A stretch of DNA of 44,482 bases from Octopus bimaculoides (lineage: Eukaryota), in the NCBI RefSeq assembly GCF_001194135.2, contig NC_068981.1:13131583-13176064 (forward strand), in the 5' to 3' direction. The notes under the pieces were generated by a model, which did no database searches, was not told where the DNA came from, and saw only the letters and a program-made list of their open reading frames with translations. The first letter of the stretch is position 1. Every line of letters starts with the position of its first letter. The position numbers were made by a program, and so were the translations under genes. This document shows positions 36,483-44,482 of the stretch, piece by piece.

Positions 36483-36544
36483 TGACGCACAGCGTCATTC
36501 GCGATGCGAGGCACGTGACCTTGGTTTAGGTTTACCCCGGAAAT
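36483..36544. promoter_or_regulatory. CpG-rich motif cluster; possible promoter or enhancer
   Basis: Inverted half-CRE pair TGACGC-ACA-GCGTCA (36483-36497), E-box CACGTGAC (36512-36519), ETS-like CCGGAAAT (36537-36544). Confidence 0.3.
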
Positions 36545-38856
36545 AACCACAAAAGAGACGATCTATGGAACTATATCTGACGAAGGGAAATGCAATTATC
36601 TCACCAGCTAGGAGTATTATGAGGAAGCTCGCTGGAGGACATTGACCCTAAACGGCATGGAGGATATAAAAATCAATAATAAGATAGTAATATCAGTAAA
36701 TAGAAATAGAAGAATAAGACGAAATATGCATTTGCAAATATATATATATATATTTTGAAATATAATTGGCTAGACAATGTAGAGAACATTGAAACTAGAA
36801 GTTGTATAGATGAGAATTTATTAACGAATTATATTAATATTCGATATAATGATGAAAAGCAAAATATAGCAATATGCATCAATATGCTAGCGGGTTATAA
36901 TATGCATCACTGCAAGTCCTTCATATCCGCTATAGAAATAATATGGAAAAATCTCCTGTATGTTTAATATTGATTTGAAGATCATCACAAAATTGAAATT
37001 ATCCCGTGCAATTTTTTATAGCTCTTAACACTTAGAAGTGCTAATATTGCTGTAGTAAAAAGAAATTACCCCTACCTATTTCAGTTGCTCAAATTTAATT
37101 TGTACTATATAGACAATATATTGCGATGTTTGACATGGACTTTAAAATCCAACTGAAGAAAATTATGAATATATTTCTCATGAATTTGTTCTCCTCAGTG
37201 AAGTGTATTCTTTCAGCCAGAATAAGTATCGTTAATATGTATATATATATGTGTTTGCGTGCGTATGTGTATGTGCGCGTGCGCGATCTGTGTATTTTTG
37301 AGAGAGAGATTGGTGAGAGAAAGAGAGAAGAAAGCGACAAGCAGAAAATGAGAGAGAAAAAGGGGGACAGCGAATGCACTGGCATTAATCATTAATGTGA
37401 ATACACAGAGAAAGTTATACAAGCTCGAACAAGAAAAGGAATATTTATTTACGTATGCAAACGTATAAATGTATGTGTGTTTGTGCGTGTGTATAACACA
37501 CACACACAAGCCCTTGAGTGCACACCCACATACATATATATATACAGTAACAAGGAACCAATCAGATTACTTAAATTTAGATGATCGGTGTTTTATAACA
37601 ACAGATTACGCAGGCAGAACTGGATTTAATCTTCACAACCAACTGCTGATCTCAATGGACAATGTGGCATATCATAAATTATACACTAATTATATACACA
37701 GGGAGATAAGATCATGCTACAAGGGGAACTGGTAGAAACTATTAAACTGTAGGACTGCAGCATCTATACATTAATGAATAATAATAGACTAACAAAATAA
37801 ACACAACAGACTGGAATGGAGAAACAGGTATTTCTGTACTGAAGTTTGTGTGTAAGGCGGAAATAACATTCTCCTTATGGCTTATGCTACGACTATTCTA
37901 CATTTGCAGAAATCAATGAGGGTGCGTTGGAAGAGAAATACAATAACCCGTGGCAATCCATGCCTAACAATGGCATACGCTTGCCGAGTAGGTGCATTGA
38001 GTCGAATTTGATTTAAGAAATACTATTTGGAAAGCAAGGCAGGTACAATAATTAGTAAGTGTAAAGTAATAAATATAAACAAAACTACATGTCTCCTATT
38101 AGAAAATCCTAAGAACTTTATCTGTGCAAAATAAAGAGGATCCTAAATACAAAATATATGGAGATTGTGAATAAACAATGAATCGTATTGTTTAGCGGTA
38201 CCAAAGCGATGTCTGTGTACAGACATAATGCTACCACAAATCGGAAAGTGCAGTAGTATTATTAAAATGATTTCAGTACAAAAGTACATAGCAAATTGTA
38301 TTAGAAATCAACAATGTTACTATTCATTGGAATACGGTATTTTAAGAAACGTCTCTTAGATATCATTGTTGATATTTATCATTGCGAAAGAACAATATCT
38401 CCTTAAATGTGAAGGAAATCCATGAGACAATATGTCTCAAAAGAAAATGGAAAACTATATGCAAATATAACAAGCCTCAAATTGAGATAGCCAGAAAGTT
38501 TGAACTGAATAAAGGAACATCTACGGAAATTGTATTGTTAATGATAAAAATAAAAAGAAACAGAGATAAAATGTAACAAAAAAGTACTTACACAAATATA
38601 TGTTAGAATATTACCGCTGGGCACTGCTCATTTATTGCGTCAAGTAATGTAAGTAAATATGTATATATAGACAAATACAACAAAACAAATGATTTCACCA
38701 ATAAATATAACAACACAATAGTGTGTGTGTGTGTGTGTGTGCGGGTGCGTGTGTATCTACCTGTGTGTGTAAGTGTATATGTGTGTATGTGTGTGTAGGC
38801 GCCCGTGCATGCTCTCTTAAAATGAAACATTTCATATATAATTTGTATTGAATCCA

Positions 38857-39053
38857 AATGTTAGCAGGCCGGGCGAAATGCTTAGCGGTATTTCGTTTGT
38901 GTTTACGTTCTAAGTTCAAATTACGTCGAGGTCGATTTTGCCTTTCATCCTTTCGGGGTCGATAAGTTAAGTACCAGTTCCGTACTGGGGTCGATCTAAT
39001 CGACTTAATCCCCTCCTCAAAATGTCGGGCCTTGTGCCTAGAGAAGGAAATAT
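38857..39053 (+). mobile_element. SINE family 1
   Basis: GTTAGCAGGCCGGGCGAAATGCTTAGCGGTATTTCG...GTTCAAATT...GGGGTCGATCTAATCGACTT...GGCCTTGTGCC. Confidence 0.9.
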
Positions 39054-39169
39054 TTCTATAAGTTTATATATACACACAAGTCCTAGAATTCTACGCATAT
39101 AACAGACACACACACGCACACGCACGTGCACACACACACAGATGTTGTTATTTGCTCGAAATACGAGAC

Positions 39170-39350
39170 TAGAAAAAGAGCCAACAACTGATGAAGGGTC
39201 GTTCTTTTTGGTGTGTGTTTTGTTTTCTATTTGTGTCTTTCGTTGTTCGAAAGAATACTTCATGTTCCATGTACTCCTGCTTCGTACTGTTTTTGTTGTA
39301 CATGTGATGCATATAATGTTTATGCTTGTCAAGGATGAGGTTGTGTCGTA
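39170..39350 (+). mobile_element. Possible remnant of another Penelope-like terminus
   Basis: AACAA-CTGATGAAGGG at 39183-39198 matches the hammerhead 5' core, but no proper stem II/GAAAC partner follows. Confidence 0.2.
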
Positions 39351-40639
39351 TAACAATAACTTTGCCATTGTTTAGTTATTGTGGCAAGTTGTTATGTAAT
39401 GTATATTTTAATCGGAACTGCTGACTCTTGCTGTAGGCGTGTACGATGTTGCTGGGTCAATCTTCGTTGTGGGATAGCGTTTAGCGTAAGCATTCTTTTG
39501 AGTATCTTCCAACAAAAGGAGAGTTATTACTTGCATAAATTGGACATGTATGTTGTAGAGGGATTTGCTTTCCTGCGCTCTGTATAGGGAAGCTTTTTAC
39601 AAAGTTTAACGTTTTAAGCTCAACGTTTGATGTAATGTTCAAAGCGATTTCAAGCAGAGAAGTAAGGTAATATGCAAATCCATCATTCAATGTAATAGTC
39701 ATCTTTTCAAAGAATTCTATGTGCAATGTTTCGCCGATTTATTGGTGCTTATATAGATTTTGTGAAGGAGAGAGAGGGCAACCAGTTTACTTATCTCGGT
39801 GGAGTCGGAACCGTTCTTGCTGATATCGAAGGAGATGCATGTGTGTTACAGTCCATACATATGATGCTGAAGAAGTAAAAAAATATTTATCTACAGTGTA
39901 ATCAATATTCTTATCTCCGTTTCAGATGGAAAAGAATTAGATACTTTGCCACATAACCTCCAGAAATATATTTCATTCATATATTTTCTCCATCCTCAAA
40001 AATTTTTCATTAAGTATGAAGTGATTATATCCTTAATTTTATGAATAACACCTATTCATTATCTAACGAACTTCATATTCAAAAACGTTCATGTTTGCTC
40101 AATTCCCATACCAGCATAACGGTTCAAATTCTGATTCTAATAAAAGACAAATTATATTTTTTTTATCATAAAAGAAGCACCAACCGAATTTGTATTTCCG
40201 TCACCGACCTACAAGAAGTATTCGTACCATATGAAACCACAGAAATTAATTCAATACGAAAAAAGTATACAGCTATCACTTTCTCACAGATCTCTGAATG
40301 ACTGAAAAGCAAGTTGAATTCGTCAAAACCACACAGTCTTAATATTCCGATCCAAGATGAATTAACATTGAAGTAATTGACTGATTACAGTGGGGTGTAA
40401 GCTTCTCTGTTCGTTTTCGCCCACTGATGTACGCTTGTATACACACGTACTGAGCATCAATATGCATACATAATACGTACATTCAGTTTTCGTTAAATCC
40501 TCCTATAGATTATGGAAAGGTACTATTACATTTGTGATTAATAATGAATTTAAATATTGAACGTGACTGCTAAACCAAGTAGTGGTTATCCGTTATATGA
40601 ATCTACATCCGAAAATATCAACGGAGCGTATCAGATCTA

Positions 40640-41370
40640 ACATGTGGAATCGAAACGAATTTTGCTTTGCACTATATGAATTCCCTAACATATTTAAAGC
40701 TTCCCACCTTGATAAGAATTTATTGAAGGTACTTTCCATTCTCATCCTCATCACCTTCATAATATTTCTTCATCCTAAGGCATGTCATCACCACCAAGAT
40801 TTTCAGTATAATCTTTCTCAACGTCAGTTGTTTTTCTTTCACACAGCTTCCTCTTCGGTGTAAGAAAGATGACAAAGGCACTTTTTTCCCAGGTTGATCA
40901 ATAATTTTGTAATTTGCTTCTATAAGAAAAAAATATTCATTCTTCCATTTTACTTCTTACTAAAGCGCAACAAATCGGAGAATAACACTCCATCACTTTT
41001 TCATCTTGGATGTTTGAAGCTATCCAATCAGCCAAAAGCACGCAACACAGTTAACACGTCTCTCACATGCAGTAAATCAAAGTAAGACTTCCTTAGATGT
41101 TGGAAGTTTTCCATATTCTCTATGTTAATACATTTTCTAAGCCTATTTGTATGATCGTTGATATTTGTCACTCGCAAATTCTTATGCATACACTGTTATT
41201 AAAAGATAAAACCAAAGTGTTTTTACCGCAGTGATATGAAATTGCTAGTGATCATTTACGCTGCCATATACTGTAATTAAGTTACTCATGCTCGAGACAA
41301 AATATAATCAGGATAAGTAGAAGAAGGATGTGGCTGTTGAGTTTTCCATTTCGGAGTTATCAAATTTAAT
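40640..41370 (-). mobile_element. Possible pogo/Tigger transposase remnant
   Basis: Minus-strand pieces LxQYMAA*MITSNFISL (LQPMDQQVISNFKKL-like) and IWKTSNI, then an acidic C-terminal stretch (EKDYTENLGGDD..EGDEDENG). Confidence 0.35.
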
Positions 41371-41918
41371 CTTCGAAAATCAGATTAATGCATCAGTTGT
41401 ATATCATTTAGTGACGTGTGCTACAACTGATAATCCATAATGTTAGTAATTCTGATATATATAAATTTGGGGCACAGAGTGATGTTAATTTGCAAACTTT
41501 TGCGGTTGAGCTCGTCGTATTCCCTACAAGGCCCTTCAAAAATGTATATCAAAAAGAAAAACACACAATCTCATTTAAACTCTAAATGTAATGGACGTAA
41601 ATATTTACGTCAATACCAGTTGGCGAGACTTCTAAATATTCAATTAATTAATATTAATAAGCTTCCGAATATATATTTCAATTTATGCGTTTAATTAACC
41701 ATAGTAATGAAACATTCTTATCCAGTTGTTGGCTTATAGTGAAATACTAATAGCTTTGAACGTGGGGCTAGTCACAAATTCTGTTTCGAGTAGACTTTCT
41801 TGTTTGACTTGCCAGATATCAGTGATTATCCAGAAGCACAAATCGAAATATAACAGTGAAATAAAATGGATTTGATGACATAAATTTAGCTTGCGTATTA
41901 TAAACAAATTCTAATACA

Positions 41919-41970
<52 letters not shown>
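41919..41970. repeat. (CTA)n microsatellite
   Basis: Direct reading. Confidence 0.95.
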
Positions 41971-42269
41971 AAATTCTCAATGTCGATGAAGAATACAGAA
42001 TTGACATTTTTAAATATAATGATAATTAAAAGTGATTCTAACATGACAATATTACCGGAACATCATATAATGCCATCCATCACCTACAAAACGTAAAATC
42101 TCTTGATACCTAGGCACTTTGCGCTGTTTTTATTGATGCAGATGCAGAGATAAGCTACTCTCAATACTCACAGTATTTCTCAAACTTAAGTTTCCATCCC
42201 TTCTTATTGAAAATGGTACAGAAAATGCAAACAAAAACAAAAACAAAAAAGATATCAAGGACGTTAAAC

Positions 42270-42600
42270 CACAATATCATACGTTTGATGGTTCCAAACA
42301 ATCTATATCGTTGAATCAAAATTAACTATCATCAAACAAAGTATTGAATTAACTACCAGATTTAATTACTGATCGAACACTTGTTCAACGTGAAAAGCAA
42401 CCACTAACAAGCAGTTGACAAACGCACAGTTTGACCTAAAATGTAGAGATAACAACTTAATGGTATGCAATCATAATCACAATCGTTGTGACACGTCAAT
42501 TTATACATAGCAGTCATTAAACCAATTTAAAGTCCGATAAAAGCTTATCTCCAAATGAAACTACAAAACCCTAAATCAAACCCGCTGTAACAATTTTCCT
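42270..42600 (+). mobile_element. Possible very decayed mariner fragment
   Basis: A WVP-like segment (GATGGTTCCAAACAATCT), and GACCTAAAATGTAGAGATAACAACTTAATGG resembling 10125-10160 of the mariner at 9660-10335. Confidence 0.25.
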
Positions 42601-42811
42601 ACGCTGTGTATAAATATGTATTTGCCAGAGAGGAAACTCATTATCAGGGTAGAGACGAGTACGCTTGCAACAAATTGCGGCTTTAATTTTCGTTAGATCC
42701 CACTAAGCAATCATTTGACTAAAACATGTAAAAGAAATGACTGAAACATGTAAAAGAACGGTGCTAATCTTTGTAGTATCATATATTTCTCAATATACGA
42801 TAGGAGCTTTA

Positions 42812-42980
42812 AGGCGGTATTTCGTCTTTACGTTCTGAGTTCAAATTCCAGCGAAGTCGACATTGCCTTTCATCCTTTCAGGGTCGATAAATTATGTACT
42901 AGTTGTTTTCTGGGGTCGATCTAATCGATTGGCCCCTTCCGCAAAATTCCGGGCCTTGTGCCTAGAGTAGAAAAGAATAT
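42812..42980 (+). mobile_element. SINE family 1, 5'-truncated
   Basis: GCGGTATTTCGTCTTTACGTTCTGAGTTCAAATTCC...GGGGTCGATCTAATCGA...GGCCTTGTGCCTAGAGTAGAAAAG. Confidence 0.85.
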
Positions 42981-43384
42981 TGCAGCCAAATATCCTCTAT
43001 CAGTAACATTGATTGCTTAAAATAATTTTATGAATAAGTTATGTGGATGACAAATAATGCTAGGGCGTCATTCAAACTGTGGTGACTATGTCACAGGTTG
43101 ATTCGTTAAAACAGCATTCACCAGTTTGTAGCTATTGTAGCCAATGAAATGACATTCAAATGAGGTATTTAACGACGTCTAGGTTTGTCAACTGTGGAAT
43201 GTATTAGCAGGTAGTACCTGCCAACACAAAAACATATGTATGAAGTCGCTTTTGAAACATTAACGATTCGTACAAATTGTGTAACCAGAAAATTAATATG
43301 TACAAGTGGGACTATATAGGATTTTTTTACTGGTGATAAATACAGGCATACATCTAGGTATCAAATATATATATATATATATAT

Positions 43385-44482
43385 GACCCCTCCACCTCCC
43401 ACATCTTCCCTAATCGACCCCTCCCCTCCTTCAAACGAGCCCACAACCTACGGGACCTCTTGGACCACAGCTTCTTCCCCAACCCAACCTCCCAACCTGG
43501 CTCGTTCCCCTGCACCCGCCCACGCTGCCGCACTTGCCCTTACCTCTCCAACACCACCCTCCTCACCAGCACCCATCACCGACCCTATCACATCACCGAC
43601 TCCTTCACCTGCACTTCTACCAACATCATCTATTGCCTCTCCTNNNNNNNNNNNNNNNNNNNNNNNNNNNNNNNNNNNNNNNNNNNNNNNNNNNNNNNNN
43701 NNNNNNNNNNNNNNNNNNNNNNNNNNNNNNNNNNNNNNNNNNNNNNNNNNNNNNNNNNNNNNNNNNNNNNNNNNNNNNNNNNNNNNNNNNNNNNNNNNNN
43801 NNNNNNNNNNNNNNNNNNNNNNNNNNNNNNNNNNNNNNNNNNNNNNNNNNNNNNNNNNNNNNNNNNNNNNNNNNNNNNNNNNNNNNNNNNNNNNNNNNNN
43901 NNNNNNNNNNNNNNNNNNNNNNNNNNNNNNNNNNNNNNNNNNNNNNNNNNNNNNNNNNNNNNNNNNNNNNNNNNNNNNNNCTTACCTCTACATCTAACCC
44001 CCTCCTCCTGTCTCTCTCCCCCACCATCCCTCCTACAACCCATCTCTCCCCCTCCCCCACCTCCCCTCCTGCTCCGACTCCTACTTCTTTGTACGTCTCT
44101 TCACCTCTCTTCACTCCTAATTCTATTCACTCCTACTTCTCTTCCTATTTCTCTTCATTCCTACTTCTCTTCACTCCTACTTCTCTTCCCACTTCTGTTC
44201 CTACTTCTCTTCACTCCTACTTCTCTTCACTCCTACTTCTCTTCACTCCTACTTCTCTTCACTCCCACTTCTCTTCACCCCTACTCTTTCTCTCCTCTCT
44301 CTTACTCTCTCTCACTCTCTTCTCTCGTACTCCCCCTTTTCTCACTCTTACTCTCTACACTCTTACTCTCTTACTCTCTCACCCTTACTCTCTCACTCTC
44401 TTCTCTCTTTCCCTCTCTCTCACTCTCTCTCACTCTTACTCTCTACACTCTTACTCTCTTACTCTCTCACCCTTACTCTCTC
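43385..44482. repeat. C/T-rich low-complexity block with gap 43644-43980 and a 16-bp minisatellite (CACTCCTACTTCTCTT) from about 44110
   Basis: Strong strand asymmetry; repeated 16-mers, then CTCTTACTCT-type units. Confidence 0.85.

Noticed and set aside
39188-39256. Complete hammerhead ribozyme
   Set aside because: CUGAUGA is present, but there is no stem II and the downstream GAAAG lacks the GAAAC-GUH and stem I partner.
39437-40040. Plus-strand candidate exons after TGTAG (39436) and TTTCAG (39925) acceptors
   Set aside because: Short, no recognisable peptide, and such motifs are common by chance in AT-rich DNA.
43383-43643. Mucin-like gene
   Set aside because: The ATG overlaps a (TA)n run, there is no signal peptide, and stop codons are rare in C-rich DNA anyway.

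Overview
This is a eukaryotic, AT-rich draft-assembly window with 7 N-gaps. The repeat landscape resembles Octopus, but that is recalled rather than verified. I found no intact protein-coding gene, true tRNA or rRNA gene, or CRISPR array; most ORF-track entries are microsatellite, gap or low-complexity artefacts. The window is a patchwork of microsatellites and decayed mobile elements: three tRNA-derived SINE-like families, mariner and pogo remnants, RTE-, Tx1/L1- and CR1/L2-like LINE fragments, and Penelope-like pieces. The most notable structures are four. (1) Five 3' fragments of one R4/Dong-like RLE retrotransposon family, four of them joined strand-specifically to (AAT)n arrays, plus a second RLE family ending in a (TACA)n array. 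(2) Minimal hammerhead-ribozyme motifs, including a back-to-back inverted pair at 14364-14491. (3) A Penelope-like 3' end arranged as GIY-YIG C-terminus, tRNA-like head, (AAT)n, hammerhead segment, with an RLE copy apparently nested in its AAT run (33193-34385). (4) Two short motif clusters that could be promoters.
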